Assembly: GCF_016433145.1 (NCBI RefSeq)
Contig: NC_058133.1
Span: 33,147,527-33,211,526, forward strand
Length of the DNA stretch: 64,000 bases
Origin: Gracilinanus agilis
Taxonomy: Eukaryota
Reading direction: 5' to 3'
Shown here: positions 45,150 to 59,526 of the stretch, piece after piece
Position numbering within the stretch: position 1 is the first letter of the stretch
Layout: each line of letters starts with the position of its first letter
Position numbers and translations under genes: made by a program
Notes under the pieces: model-generated
Told to the model about the DNA's origin: nothing
What the model saw: only the letters and a program-made list of their open reading frames with translations
The model's database searches: none

Positions 45150-45352
45150 TTTATTTAAAATTATCACCTTCTGTCTTAGAATCAATCCTGTGTATTAATT
45201 CCAAGGCAGAAAAATGGTAAGAGGTAGGCAATGGGGAGATTAAGTGATTTGTCTCAGGGCACACAGCTGGGAGGTATCTGAAGTTAGATTTGAACCTAGG
45301 ACCTCCTATCTCTAGGCCTGGCTCTCAGTTCACTGAGCCACCTAGTTGTCCC
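45150..45352 (-). mobile_element. CORE-SINE (SINE1_Mdo-like)
   Basis: Reverse-complement body flanked by TTCTATTTATTTAAAA repeats; edges approximate. Confidence 0.75.
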
Positions 45353-46019
45353 CTTCTATTTATTTAAAAATTTTTATTTTATTTTGTTATCAGTTTTGAA
45401 TTTTCATTTTCCTATATCATAGCCCTTCTCTCCTATGAGGAAGCAAGAAAAACAAAACTCATTATAAATATGTATAGTCAAGCAGAACAAATTCCTGATT
45501 TTTGGTACAGTGAATAGATTGTTAGGCTGGAGTCAAGAAGACCTGAGTTAAAATTCAGCCTCAGTCACTCACCAGCTGTGTGGCCCTGGTCAAGTCACTT
45601 AAACTCTGTTTGCCTCAGTTTCCTCATTTGTAACATGAGGGATAAAAATAATTTCTACCTTCCAAAGTTGTTGTGAGGATCAAATGAGATAGTAACAATT
45701 TATTGAAACATGATGTTTAGGCTTTTTTTTGGGGGGGGGTCATGGCTTTTAGGTAGTTCAGTGATTCTTATATTTTTTTCTCCTCCATCCATTTTCCAGA
45801 TTAGTTGTTTCTTCCATGAGGTATCTTACAGTTTTTCTTTCTTTCTTTTTTTTTTTTGGAAGTCTTTTGATTTTGTCTAAATATTTCTTGTGTCCTGGAT
45901 TCTATAACTCTCATTTCCTTTCCAGTTTTTTCTTCTAACACTCATTTAATTTATAAAATACATTTTTAAAAACTATTAAAAATCTCTTGAATCATCTCTT
46001 AAAGAATTTTAGTTTAATT

Positions 46020-46170
46020 TGTATCGTAAGAGGGGAAACTAGATATTTAAGGTATGGTTGCCAGGAATTGGATTAGCTCAATTCCGAATTTAAAATAGAG
46101 CCAAGTCAGGATGACTTTTATGGAAGTTTATTTACAATTAGGAAGGTTGAAATTAGGGAAATAGAGAGAG
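46020..46170 (-). mobile_element. Truncated LTR end related to the LTR at 63372-63989
   Basis: Shares GACTTTTATGG...TTTATTTACA.TTAGGAAGGTTGAA...GAGAGAGAAAA..CTC with that LTR. Confidence 0.6.
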
Positions 46171-47189
46171 AAAAACTCAGGCTGTGTTTTCCTTTGAGGG
46201 TTTGTTTGTAAAGGTTTTATTGTTATTCTCTGCTTCTAAATTTGTGTCTTGAATGTTCTTGTCATGATAATAGATTTTTTTTTAATGGTGGCATACTCTT
46301 TTTGTTTGATCTTTCTTCCAGCTTACTTTTTATTTTTGGATATAATGTTAGGACTAGTCTCTGTTTTTCCCTCTATTTCTAGAGGGAAGGTCTGGGCTGG
46401 TCTTATAGTTGCTTTCTTGAAGTTTTAAATATTGTGTTATTCCAGGATCTCAGAAACCAGTTAGGGACCAACAAGCTTTCAGTACTTCCAAAGTGATGTG
46501 ATGTAGGGAAAATCTGATCATTGCCCTTCTGATTTTAGCTTGGCAGTTTCTTGACATGGATCTGGGTTTGAGCTCCATTAGCAGGCTGGATACAGCCTTT
46601 GTCAGCCAACTAGGAAGCTTTGATGTTTCAGGGTGACAGAACTACAGACTCCCTTTGGTCTGAAATTCCTGCTCTGGCCATTCCCTGAAGGTTTCAGAGT
46701 GGGCTAGAAGCTAGAGCCAAGAGTTCTTTGTTGCTGGGGTCTGAGCCATATTGCTGCTGTTTGCTACAGAACTTTCTCCTTGCTTAGTAACCCTTGAACG
46801 CAAGACTCTTTCTCAATCCATCTTGAATCTTTGACTTGGATCTGGGTGGTGGGGACAAAGCTGTCCCATGGCACCCGTTCCTGTATCCTACACGTGGTGC
46901 CCCCATAGGGGTATGGAATATCCTCTTGCCCTACGCATGGTTTCTGGCCAGAGTTTGTTCCTAATTTTTGCTGATCATACTATCTATCCTCCTATGCTGA
47001 TCTGGCTTGGAAAAGCAATTCACTGTGACTTTTTTCTTAGATTTTCCCATTAGCATTTGGTCTAGTGCATTTTCTAGATGTGTTTGGAAGAGTTTACTAG
47101 GGTGAGTGTGGAGTTTGGGGGTGTAGATTCCCTATACTTTTTCCTGCCACTCCACTCCACTACCTTGGCTTTGACCCAATCTCTATCAA

Positions 47190-48560
47190 TGTTCTTTTTT
47201 CTTAAACTGTATTGCCCAGAACTGAACACAACGTTCTAGATGAGAGGTATGACAAAGGCACTTATCGTGGGATTATTACCTCTCTTCCCAGTAGCTATGC
47301 CCCTTCTAATGCAGCCCAAGGTGGCTAATACATTCACACTCCTGACTCTGAGCTTACAGGCCACTAAAACTTTGAGATCTTTTTCAGAACACCTGCTCCC
47401 TAACCATGCCTCCCCATTTTACATTTTTGGAGTTGATTTTTTTTTTTTTCGTACTCTAGTGGAAGACTTTACATTAATGCCTAATGAGTTTTAGCTTAGT
47501 AAGTTCAGCCCAGTGCTTTAGCCAATGTAGATCCAATGTGCTAGCTATTCCACCCAACTTTATGTCACTTTCACATTTGATGAGCATACTATGCATACTT
47601 TTCCCAAGTCACTGATAAAAATTTTAAACAAAAGAGGGCCAAGTACAGATCTTTGGGATATTCCACTGGAGAATTGTTGCTATATTGTCACAGAGCTGTT
47701 ACAACCCTTTGAGTACAGCCATCCAACTGATTCTGAATCCATCTTACTTTATTATCATGGAATCCATCTCTCTTCATCTTCTCCACAAGAATAGTTGTCT
47801 CAAAAGAGTTTATCCCACATTTTGCTGAAGTCTAGTTGACTATAAGCCATGACATTCTTGCTTATTCACAGTTAAGAAATCCTTTATCAAGCTTGTTGGC
47901 GCTTCGTCATCACTATTTCCTTTTCTAGATAGCTCACAGTCACCTCTTTAATGATCCTTCATAGATTTTTCCCAGGAATCCAAGTCAAGGTCACTGATCT
48001 TAGCTTCTAGACCCTTCTCTTCCTATTTTTGAAAATCAGAATATTTGCCCTTTTCCCATCTTGTGACAAAGCTTCTCTTTTCCACAATCCCTCACATACC
48101 TGAGAAAGGACCTCCACAGTCACACCTGCTCATTCTGTCATGCTCTAAGGCTGTTGTTGGTAGTTCATCCAGGCCAGCTCATTTGATTCCTCAAGGATAG
48201 TCAGAGTCTCTCTTCCAATCTTTTTGCTAATCTTGAGTTTCATCTCCCTGGGAATTATTTTTGTTCTATCCTTCCCAGAATAAATGTGGAGTTTTCTTCT
48301 TCAGAGAAAACAAACAAAATACTGATTGAGCAGCTCTGCTTTCTTATCAGGACTCATTGTCCTATGCATCCGGGCAAAGGTCCTCTTCTTGCTTCGTCTC
48401 TTCTGTTTTTCTCAGTTTTCCCTTGCCAGTTTCTGCTCATGCTAAGCTTGAGCATTCTTGAAACTCTTTACAGGGCTGTGCCAGCCTCTTATATTTATCC
48501 TTTGTTACCTGGCCTTCTGTCTTCTTGACATTTTTTCCTAAATTCTAAGTTGGTTAGTGA
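47190..48560 (-). mobile_element. Ancient CR1/L3-like LINE remnant
   Basis: Degenerate CR1-type segments (CCCAGAACTGAACACAA.GTTCTAGATG...ATGCAGCCCAAG); edges approximate. Confidence 0.5.
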
Positions 48561-48654
48561 ATTCCCTGTGTATCCACATTGGTTTCCTCAGATAAATCCA
48601 ATTATGTCTCCTCATTGAAAATGGTTTCCCCCTTTGTCTTCAAAAGTCTATCTC

Positions 48655-48857
48655 AGGGCAGCTGGGTAGCTCAGTGTATTGAGAATCAGGCCTAGAGATG
48701 GGAAGTCCTAGGTTCAAATCTGGCCTCAGACACTTTCCAGCTGTGTGACCCTGGGCAAGTCACTTGACTCCCATTGCCCACCCTTACCACTCTTCTGCCT
48801 TGGAGCCAATATACAGTATTGACTCCAAGACGGAAGGTAAGGGTTTAAAAAAAAAAA
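48655..48857 (+). mobile_element. CORE-SINE (SINE1_Mdo-like), long-tail form
   Basis: Full body ending GTATTGACTCCAAGACGGAAGGTAAGGGTTTA(n); near-TSD AAAAGT(CT)ATCTC. Confidence 0.9.
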
Positions 48858-49301
48858 GTATCTCTTCATAACAAAAAGGATTCCATCTCATCATTTCCCA
48901 GGGATTTAATTATCATCTATAGATATATATCAGAGAAAAATGAGGGCTGGCTACACTTCATCTTCCAGCTCTGGGCATTTTCATTGGCTATCTCCTATGC
49001 ATGGAATTCTTCTTTATCTCTATCTCCCAGGTTCCCTCAATTCTCAGCCAAAATCTCACCTTCTACAGGAAGATTACCCCTATAAGATTTAAATTAATGT
49101 CCAACACTCCAAGTATTAATTATATAAAGTTTATTAATAATCACTTGAAGTAGAAGGAATAAAAAGGAAATAGAAGTATAAAAACCCTCATTATCTAACA
49201 AAAAGATCACATGAGCCATAGTCTCCTGCCTCTCACCTCCCCTTGACAGCACACTATCACAGAAAGAGAGAGCAAGAGGTGGAGCTATACAAATTTATAT
49301 C

Positions 49302-49489
49302 GTAGGAGGCATCTGGGTAGCTCAGTGGATTGAGAGTCAGGCCTAGAGACGGGAGGTCCTAGGTTCAAATCCCAGCTGTGTGACCCTGGGCAAGTCACTT
49401 GACTCCCATTGCCCACCCTTACCACTCTTTCACCTAGGAGCCAATACACAGAAGTTAAGGGTTTAAAAAAAACAAACAAACAAAACAAA
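49302..49489 (+). mobile_element. CORE-SINE with internal deletion, nested in an LTR-like sequence
   Basis: Perfect TSD ACAAATTTATATC (49289-49301, 49490-49502); lacks the GGCCTCAGACACTT segment. Confidence 0.88.
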
Positions 49490-49788
49490 ACAAATTTATA
49501 TCCTATCTACATCAGCACTTAACATGAAAAGGGGAGTGGGGTGCTGGGAATTGGAGTTCTAGGGTACAGAAATTAATTACACACCCCATTAATGTTAGCA
49601 CTTTCTACTATCTCCATATTTTCCTGTATACAGCTTGATAGTAGATAGTTTTTGAGATTTTGTAGGTTCTTTCCCCCATTGATGGTCAGCTGCTTGAGAG
49701 TAGAGATTATCTTCTGACTTTCTTTGTATCCCCATGACTTAGTCCAGTGCCTGGCACATAGTGGGTACTTAAAAAATGTTTGACTGAC

Positions 49789-49926
49789 ACATGTAAAACC
49801 CAGTGGAATTGCTTGTTGGCTACAGGATGGGAGTGGAACGAGGGGAGGGAAAGAACATGAATCATGTAGCCATGGAAAAATACCCTAAATTAATTAATTA
49901 AACTAAAAAAAAAAAAAAAAAAAAAG
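49789..49926 (+). mobile_element. Severely 5'-truncated L1 (3' end + polyA) inside an L2-like remnant
   Basis: Matches the 3' end of the L1 at ~26635-26776; perfect TSD AAAATGTTTGACTGAC (49773-49788, 49927-49942). Confidence 0.88.
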
Positions 49927-50382
49927 AAAATGTTTGACTGACTCTGTTTGATATTTAAAGCCTTTCATATTCTGGCTCCAGCCTCTCTTTTCAGACTGAT
50001 GACCCATCTCTCTTCCTTAGGTACTTTAAGATCTGCCAAACTGACCTATTGGCTGTTACCTGATATTTGCCGATACCCTGTACCTGATACTCTTTTGCCT
50101 ACATTTGTGCCTTTAAATGACGTCTACCATGTCTAAAATGTTCTCCTTTCTCACTTCTACCTTTTGGAACTCCTAGCTCTATTCAAGGTTCAGTTCAGGT
50201 CCTACCTATTCTAAGTAGTCTTCCTTCATTCCCCAAATTTGTAGTTAGTGGCTCTCTACCCTCCATATCACTCTATATTTTGAACATATCCTAACAAAAA
50301 TTTAATTTCCTTGAAGGCGAGGACTACCTTATTTTTGTAACTTTCATAATATCACTGTCTATCATAGAATAAAATAGTAAGG

Positions 50383-50600
50383 GGGTAGCTAGGGCTAGGT
50401 GGCTCAGGCCTAGAGCCAGGCCCAAAGATTGGAAGTCCTGAGTTCAAATTTAAGCTCAGACACGTCCTAGCTGTATGACCCTCAGCAAGTCAGTTAACCC
50501 TCTTTGCCTAGCCCTTACTACTCTACTGCCTTGAAACCAATATATGATATTAATCCCAAGATGGAATGTAAGGGAAATTTTAGAAAAAAAAAGAAAAAAA
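50383..50600 (+). mobile_element. Older CORE-SINE
   Basis: Diverged SINE head, core and tail. Confidence 0.7.
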
Positions 50601-53600
50601 ATGGTAAGCCTTTATTAATCTTTATTATTTGATGATCTACAGATCTTTCTACACTGAGAGAATAGTGTGGCTGGAAGACCATAAGATTGTAAGCGACTTG
50701 AAGGCTGGGGTCTGTCTCGTGCCTCTTTGTATCCTCAGCACTTAGTATAGGGCCTGGCATATAGTAGGTACTTAGGAAATCTTGATTGATTGATTAATAT
50801 CTTTTGTTTTCATATTTCCTAGATTCCCTCCTGTATCTCTTTCCCCTCATTCCTTATAACAAAAAGAAAAAGATTAAGGTGAGAAAAAAAATCAGCAAAA
50901 TCTATCAGTATATTGAAAAAATCTGGCATTACATTGCAATTCACCATACCTCCGGACCCTCTACCTCTCCTGAGGAGTGGGAGTAGTTGTCTTCTCCTGT
51001 CTCATCTTTGGGGACATACTTGTACTTCATGATTTCATAACAGGTCAGAAGACTTCTAAGGTTTCTTCCACATCTGAGTTTTTATGATTCTTCTCTAGAC
51101 CTTGGTGCAGGGGATTGGAGACTGTGAGAACTAAAAAATAGGAGACTTGTTTCAAGGAGCTCAATTCAGTTTTAAGAATCAGGTTTTGATGTATATCATT
51201 GGGTATTTGTGGGGAAAATTACATAGTTAATGATAATTTTTGTGACTTGAATGGAAACGGAAGCTTTGATAATAGCATGGCAAACTCAACAGCACAGCAT
51301 TATTACTTCTTTTTTTAATTAGAAAAACAAACTGAAATGTATCTAATGGATACACTTGCTGTTTTGAGACCTAGAAACAATGCTTGCTTGAGCAAACCTA
51401 TCTTCCATGTAAACCCATGTGACTGGTCTGGATAACCCAAAGCTCTCTTGTCAGCATCCATATGTTAATCTTGAAGGAACCCTTCAGAGTTATCTAACAC
51501 CAAATTAGGCAGATGAGCTTTTGGATGAGTTCTGTGCTTATTCTTAAGCATGTGGGAACTGTTATAGAAATAGAAAAGAACTGACAATGTTAAAATGATG
51601 TGCTCTGGTTTTCACTCCTAGTTCAGAGAGGTTTAAAGAGCATCTGGCTTTTAGAGTTTTTTGCCCTTTTCTGTGCCCTTTTCAGGGCATCTTGGTGAAT
51701 ATCTTTGCCTAGAGATCATTAAGATTGGAGAATCTTGCCAGTTTGGGACACCTTTCTGCCCAGTCTATTTTAGCTCTCTGGCTTGACACAGCTGCCCCTG
51801 GTACATGTGTGATTTATTTTTCAAATTAAATTGAAGGGGATGAGGGACAATGGATTTTTGATTGGTAACGAACCATGTTGAAGAACTGTCAGCATGACTT
51901 TTCTGTTGATGCTTTTAATTTGTCTTTCATATTACTGCGTAAGATATTAATGTCTGCTATAGGTGAGTGAGGGAAGGCTGCCAGTTTTTGGTCCAAAGAG
52001 AAATGTGTTGCTTTTCGAGAATTGATTTTCTTGCTCAGTAAGTGGTACAAGGGTTGGAGAGTAGCCAAAGCTTCCTTAGCTATTTAGTGTAATAGGTGGC
52101 AAATATTCATGTTTTGTTTGGAAAATATTTATATTTATATATAGCGTTATAGGGGGAGGGACAGCTTTTTTGAGATATTTGAAACTGAGGACTTGTCAAC
52201 ATTGGAAGGCCTAAAAAATGAATGTGTTTTTTCTGACAACGATTTGAGAAACAAATTTCTGTTATCTTCAAATCAAGAGACAATATGATAATGAGCATTA
52301 GATATTTAACACTTTTTTCTACTAATTGGAAACCAACTTTTTTTCTTATTAATATCTTTTAATTTTCTTTCAGCTTCTTCTCTCCTCCCCAAATCTGAGC
52401 TCCTTGTTTAAAAAATATTTTCCCCTCATTCCCTCATTGGGAAAATTAATTCACTTCAATATCAATCAGAACTAACTCAGAGATAGCAAACTAGTCTATA
52501 CAGGTAATAGAAGAAAAACCTGTTTTGTGAAGGAAACATCCCTTTTTGAGCTTTCCAGTTTATTAACCAGTGAAATTATAAACAAATTACTGGAAAAATC
52601 TATTGTAACTTTGAAAACCGCATAATTATTTAGCCTTCTGAAAACTCTCAAATACTAATTTATATTCCAGAGAGTAAGACTGATCACTCATTGTCATTGG
52701 CCTGGTGAAGTTTGGAACTGCTTTTCCTAAAATGGAACAACCTTCCTACTCAAACATACTTAGCAGCTTCCAAACCTTTCTAGTCATCCTTACTCTTCCT
52801 CACCTCCCCCTCACAGTGGTTACCAACTGCCCTCAAGTCTACCTCCTGTCATCTCTTGCATCTCTCCCTTTTCCTCACTGACATGGCCATCACTGTGTTT
52901 CCTCCTGAAAATGTTTATTAAATACTTCCAATGTGTCTGGCATTGAGGATAGGGATACTAGCAAGACAGCCTTTGACCTCCAGGCACTTACATTTTAATG
53001 GGGGAAGCACTTAAGCAATTGCTGCCCTTGCCCTCCTCTTTAATCCAATCCTCCACATAGCTACCAAAGTGGCTTAGGTCCAACCTTGTTAATACCTTTC
53101 TCAGGAAGCTCCTATAGCTCCCTGTTTTTCTAGGATAAAATATAAAGATCTCTGTCATTTGAAGCCCTTTACAACCTGGCTTCCTCTTATCCTTCTAGGA
53201 TTACACTACATTACTACTCTTCGTGTATTTGGCAGTGTAGCTACATTGGCCTTCTTGCAAGTAGCTTGACTATAACACTTTATTTCCTGTGCCTGTGCAC
53301 TTGCCCTGGCTTTCCCCACAGGCTTGCCCTTCACTCCAGCCATCTCTGCTTTGAGAATGCTTGGATGACTTTAAAACTCCACCCAGGTACCACCTCTCCA
53401 TACAGCTTTTCCCTGATCCTTCTCCTCACCTCCATGTGCCTTTTTCCCTCCCCCTGCAAATGATGTTTATTTTCTCTGCATTTTCTATGTGCTCTATTTA
53501 TATTTGTACATGTTGTTCCCAAACCCCACCCTTTGCCTCCCCATAGAATCTTCTTTGAGGACAGGGACTATATTATTTATGATATTTGTATCCACAATCT

Positions 53601-56600
53601 TTGGCACAGAACAGGGACATAAAGTCCTTGTCAATTAAGTGATTGACTTGCCACTTGCATATAATCTGTGGTGAGAAGCAGCTCGGCATTGTGGAGAGAG
53701 AATTGGCCTCAGAGTTAGGCCCCCCTTACCCCCCACCTTCAGAGAACTACTGGTTTTGTGATCTTGGCCAAGACTTGCCCTCTCAGTGCCCCAGGCTACT
53801 TGGGAAGTTGTATAGCTCAACTGGTAAAGGAAGAAATCTCAGGACCAGACCACATCCCCTCTGTAGAGCTATGTTTTGGGCAGCCATCTCAACTGCTTTA
53901 TAGGCCTGGACCCTTGGGATTTTCCCCATCTGCACTTTTTTTTCTAGAGGTAGCAGAGGGGCAGAAATTTTTAGTTGTCTTTATTCAAGAAATACCCACA
54001 TCTTTGCAGGAGGACGGAACTACATTAGGTTCCAAAGCTAATGTTGATATGAATAGATTGAAAACAGGTAATTCCAAAGCAAATGTATTCTAAAAATTGC
54101 ATGCTTAAATCATATTTTTTAAAATTAAATTTTATTTTAAAAAAATAATCTGCCTTCTTTCTGGCCCACTTGTCTTCTTCTCTCCATTGAGGAAGCAAGA
54201 AAAACAAAAAATATATAATCAAGCAAAACAAATTCCTGCATTATTCATTTAAAAAAAAAAGTCTCCATCCACCTTTTGAGACCATTACTTCTTAATCTAG
54301 AGGTAGGCAGTCTGTTTTATCATGAGTTTTCTGAAGTAATGGTTAATTCTTGTTTTGATCAGAGTTCTTAAAACTTTCAATTTGTTTGCAATTAAAATAT
54401 TGTCATCATTGTATAAATTGTTTACTTTGTTCTATTCACTTCAGTATGCAACTTACAAATCTTGTCAGGTTTTTCTGGGAAAAAACTCTTTATCATTTCT
54501 TTTTCTTAATTTAATTTTATGTTATTTTCAGTTCTAGATTTTCACCCTTCTCTTATTTCCTTTTCTACTCACTAGAAAGGCAAGTTATACAGAACCCATT
54601 ATAAATATGAAGTCATATAAAAAATTTCTTTATCATTCTAGATTCTAATTCTATTCTAGATAATAATTCTTATTATTCTAGAAACAAACCAAGAAAAAAA
54701 AAGAAAGAAAAAATGTGCTTCCACCATTCTGAGTTTATTAGTTCTCTCTCTGGAGGTGGATATCTTTTTTCTTTGAGCCCTTTGAAACTTCAATGACTTG
54801 TATTCTAGTTACTGAGTGTTGCACAATTGATTATCTTTATAATATTATTGCTACTGCCTACAATGTTCTCTTATTTCTGCTCACTTCATTTTGCATCAGT
54901 TAATAAAGCTTCCAGGTTTCTGTGAAGCCATTCCCTTCACCATTCCTTACAGCACAATATTATTCTCTAATACTTATATGCCCTAATTTGTTCAGCCATT
55001 TCCTATTAGATGAATACCTCTTCAGTTCCCAATTCTTTGTCACTACAAACAGAACGGGTAAAAATATTTTTCTCTGTGTGGGCCCTTTTCCTCTTCCTTT
55101 AATTTCTCTTGAGATACAAGCCTAGTAGTGGCATTACTGGGTAGAAGGGTATAAATAACTTTTAAAATAAATTTTATTTTAAATTCCAATATATCTCCCT
55201 TTCATCCTCACCCACTGAGAAAGTAAGAAAAAAAACTTCTTTGATACATATACATAATTTTATATGTATGTTTCCATCTTTGGCATGTACAAAAAAGTAC
55301 TTTGACTTGTACTCTGAGTCTCTTACTCAAGGGTGGGTAGTTTGTTTCATTATGAGTACTCTGGAATTGTGGTTGGTCATCATATTGATCAGAGTTCCTA
55401 TGTCTTTCAAAGTTATTTGTCTTTACAATGTCATTGTTATTGTTCTCCTTTTTTGACTCACTTGACTTTATATCAGTTCATATAGCTCTTCCTAGATTTT
55501 TTTGAAATCATCTATTTTTTCATTTCTTTTGCCACAATATGCATCATATTCACGTTTACAACTTGTTCAACTATTTCCCTATTGATGGTACACCCTTAGT
55601 TTCTCATTTTTGACATCATAAAAAGAACTGCTATAAATATTTTTGTATATTTTTTTCTTTTCCTCTTTCTTTGATTTCTTTGGAGTATAGACCTAAGAAG
55701 AGGTGTCTGGGTCAAAGGGTATGCACAATTTATTTGCTTTTTTGACATAGCTAGAAAATACTTTCTAGTATTACTGACAGTAGTTACTCATCATATTAAT
55801 TCATTAATGTACCTGTTTTTACACAGTACCTCTTGCATTTTCCATTTTCTTTTTTTTTGGTTCATCTTCCCCATCTGATGAGTATGAAATGGAAATACAA
55901 GAGTTTAACATGTTTTTATTTTTTTTTTGTTGGTGAGTTAGAGCATTTTTTTCCATAGAGCTAGTGGTACCTTGGGTTTCTTTGGAAAATTATCTTCCTG
56001 TGTATTTGATCATTCATCAATTGAGGAATGATACATTTATTCAAGAATCTGTTAATACTGATGAGTTTTAATATGAATTTGTTGTTCATATGTGGGATAT
56101 TCATGGAGTGACTTGGGATTCTGTTTAGGCACTTACCTTTGCTGCTCCATGGTTAATAAAACAAGTCAGACTAAGTCCTTTGAAACTTCATTAAAGTATT
56201 TGAAAAAGGATTGTAGCATCATAGACTTAGGGCTGGAAAGGATTGTGTTTGTCATGTAGTCTTGTCCTTTCACTTTCTAAACGAGGAAATGGAGCGACTT
56301 GGCCTGCTCTGTAGGTAGTAATCATAGGGTTTACTGGCCAAAGGGATGGAGCTTAAACTGAGGGCAGAAAGGCTTCCCTTCTTTGATAGTAGACTGTAGT
56401 ATTTCATTTTGGCACTTTAAAAAAAATCTGTTTAAAAATGGAGATTTTTTCTCCTTGAAACTGGGGATGTCTAAGTAAAAATGAGAATCCCAGCCCTCCT
56501 ATAGGTTACATTTTATTAGAGGAATAGGATGGAATATGATCATCCGCTTAAAAAAATATGAAGTTGGGAATGATAAGGGAATAAAGGAAGATCAAGTGGT

Positions 56601-58401
56601 CTAGATAGTAGGAGAAAATAGACAGCATTACTGTAGAGCCTGGAATTTCTTCATATTAGTATTTACATGAAAAGCTTTGGAAAATCTCATAAAAGTATCC
56701 CAAGCTTTGCTTTATTTTGACTAAGCATTTGTACTTGTTAGGCCTTGGTCTGCAGTGAAATTGTAGTACCAGCAGAGGTTTCTGTGGGACACTGGAACCA
56801 GAAACTCCATTTAATGACATGGAGAGATGCCTTACTTACAGTGAGTTGTCTCCACTGGCAAGAAGCATGGAGTTTTTTGTACAACTTTTTTGCTTCTGAA
56901 GGGTATTGAATGTTATCCAGCAATGCTAGTTCTTCTTCTTTTTTTTATACTAGTTCTTAAAAGAACAGCTTCAGTGGTTTATGTTGAAATTGACACAGGA
57001 AACAGATTCAAACCAAACCAAATGAACTGCAGTTAGAAACTGAGTTCACTAACCTATGGGAAAACCCAAACCCCAGAGCCAGCTTCAACTAACAGTATTG
57101 TCTTTTCTAATCTGAAAGAATACAGATAGGCTCTTCCAGTGCTTACTGAAATCACTACAAGGGCCATTAAGTTCACAAAAGGCAAAAGCTAGTCTCTTCT
57201 AAATGTCCTACAGTCTGGCTTCTGATCTCCTTTCTCATCTGAAACTGCCTTTTCCAAAATTATCCATGGTATCTTCCCCTCCTCTTTCTAAAAACATTTT
57301 TTTACTGATATTTTTTGTTTTCATGTCATCTATATTTTCCCTTTCCCTCTCTATGCCTTTCCCCAGGAAACCATACTTGGTACGAGAAGGTTTCCTGGAG
57401 AAGGTAGCATATGAGTTGGACTTTATATGTAAGAATGTGTTATGTAGAAAGGGATGGGGAAGGAATCCCAGGCCTAGGTAGCAACATGAACTGGGATATA
57501 GGAAAGATAAATGTTTTTCACATAGTTGCAGTTGGTGAACTTAAATTGTTTTCTTCTGTCTTTTTAACTTTGTGATATCCTTAGATTATTTGGCAGTTTT
57601 AAAAACCTTTCTTCTATACATTATAAAATTTATAATGTGCTAGTATTGCTTTTTTTGGTGCAAAAATCAAAGGTAAATTTTCAATTTTAAAATAAAGATT
57701 TTAGAGATAACTTGCGTATCTCTATTGAAGGCTTATTTTAATGTCTTCTTGTGTCATGGTTGTGACCTTGGGTTTTTGAAGGCTTTTCCAAGGAAGCATG
57801 ATCTGGGGTAGGTTCTACCAGTCTTCAATGTAGATCTAGTGATGGATTTTATACTTCCTGTTTGGGGACCAACCTCATCAAGTACAGAGAACCTTCGACC
57901 AGAAGTTTGGTCATGAAGTGAAGCAAAGGGGAGACAGAGAGTAGGGGCTCTGATTTTTACTGGTGATTGAGTGCTCACATTTTGAAAGTCTTAGAGCCAG
58001 GGAGTATTATTTGTGAATGTGGCTTGGTTCTGCATATAGTTTATAAGCATTTTACAAAAGAGACTATACCTCATTCCTCCTTATGCCTAACCCAGCACTT
58101 GAACAATACTGGATGTATGTTGAATAAATGGAATAAACTTATGTCTCTTCCAGACTTTTCCAGCTCCCATCTAGTGAGATTCTCCTGAAGTGCACATCTG
58201 ACCATGTCACTCTCTCCTCTGTATACTTCAGGGGCTTTCTACTCTATTACTTCAGGGATCAAAGAGAAAGCACTTCTCTGTTGCTCACAGCCTGGTTCCC
58301 ATGAACCTTTTCAGACATTTTACATTTTATTCTCTTCCATGTGCTTCATAATCCAGCTATACTGGTTCCCTTGCTGTTTTCTTTTCTTTTTCTTAAAAAA
58401 A

Positions 58402-58985
58402 TTTTTTTTAAACCCTTCCCTTCCATTTTGGAATCAATATTATGTATTGATTCCAAGGCAGAAGAGCGGTAAGGGCTAGGCAATGGGGGTCAAGTGACTT
58501 GCCCAGGGTCACACAGCTGGGAAGTGTCTGAGGCCAGATTTGAACCTAGGATCTCCCATCTCTAGACCTGACTCTCATTCCACAGAGCCACCCAGCTGCT
58601 CCATTCCCTTGCTATTTACTTTCACTTGACCCTCCCTCTCCTAGTTCTGTGCCTTTGTACTGGTATTCTTTCATGCTCTGAGAGTTCTATATCTCCTTGT
58701 TTCTGTCTCTTAGAATCCCTGGTCTTCTTCAAGACCTTTCACAGGAGGCCTTTTCTGGGCTTCTGTACTCCATAACTCACCCCTATCCTAAATTACTACC
58801 CCCCCTTTTTTTAACCCTTAACTTCTGTGTATTGGCTCCTTGGTGGAAGAATGGTATGGGTGGGCAATGGGAGTCAAGTGACTTGCCCAGGGTCACACAG
58901 CTGGGAAATGTCTGAGGCCAGATTTGAACCTAGGAACTCCCGTCTCTAGGCCTGACTCTCAATCCACTGAGCTACCCAGCTGCCC
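58402..58985 (-). mobile_element. Two CORE-SINE copies, both minus (~58402-58602, ~58805-58985)
   Basis: Reverse-complement SINE1-like bodies with T-tails. Confidence 0.88.
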
Positions 58986-59031
58986 TTCCTCCCTTTCTGC
59001 TTTTATTTTTGAAATTATCTTCCATCCATAC

Positions 59032-59224
59032 CAGTGGTTCCCAAACTTTTTTGATCTACCACCCCCTTTCCAGAAAAAATATTACTTAGCCCCCTGGAAA
59101 TTAATTTTTAAAAAATTTTAATAGCAATTAATAGGAAAGATAAATGCACCTGTGGCCATCACCGCCTCTCTAGATCGCTGCAGCACCCACCAGGGGGCGG
59201 TAGCGCCCACTTTGGGAATCACTG
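59032..59224. mobile_element. hAT MITE, 193 bp, same family as 28882-29074, opposite orientation
   Basis: TIR CAGTGGTTCCCAAAC / TTTGGGAATCACTG; degenerate TSD ATCCATAC / ATCTACAC; body is the reverse complement of the first copy. Confidence 0.9.
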
Positions 59225-59526
59225 ATCTACACTATATGTTTATTGTATACACCTAGTTGTTGACATGTTGTCTACCCCATTAGAATGTGGTGCTTATGCC
59301 TTGCTTCTCATAATGTCTGGCATATAATAAGTGATTAATATAGTAATGACTTACTGGTTTTATTTTGGGTCTTCAAATAGTGATGGCATATTTGAAAGAT
59401 AGAAATTATGAAATTTTGCCTTTATACCTTGAAGGGAGCTAGAATTTGCAAGGCAATCTGTGTGTGCTTTAAGAGTTTAGGCTTTGTATAATATTTATTG
59501 ATTGGACTAGTAAAATAGTTTTTCAA

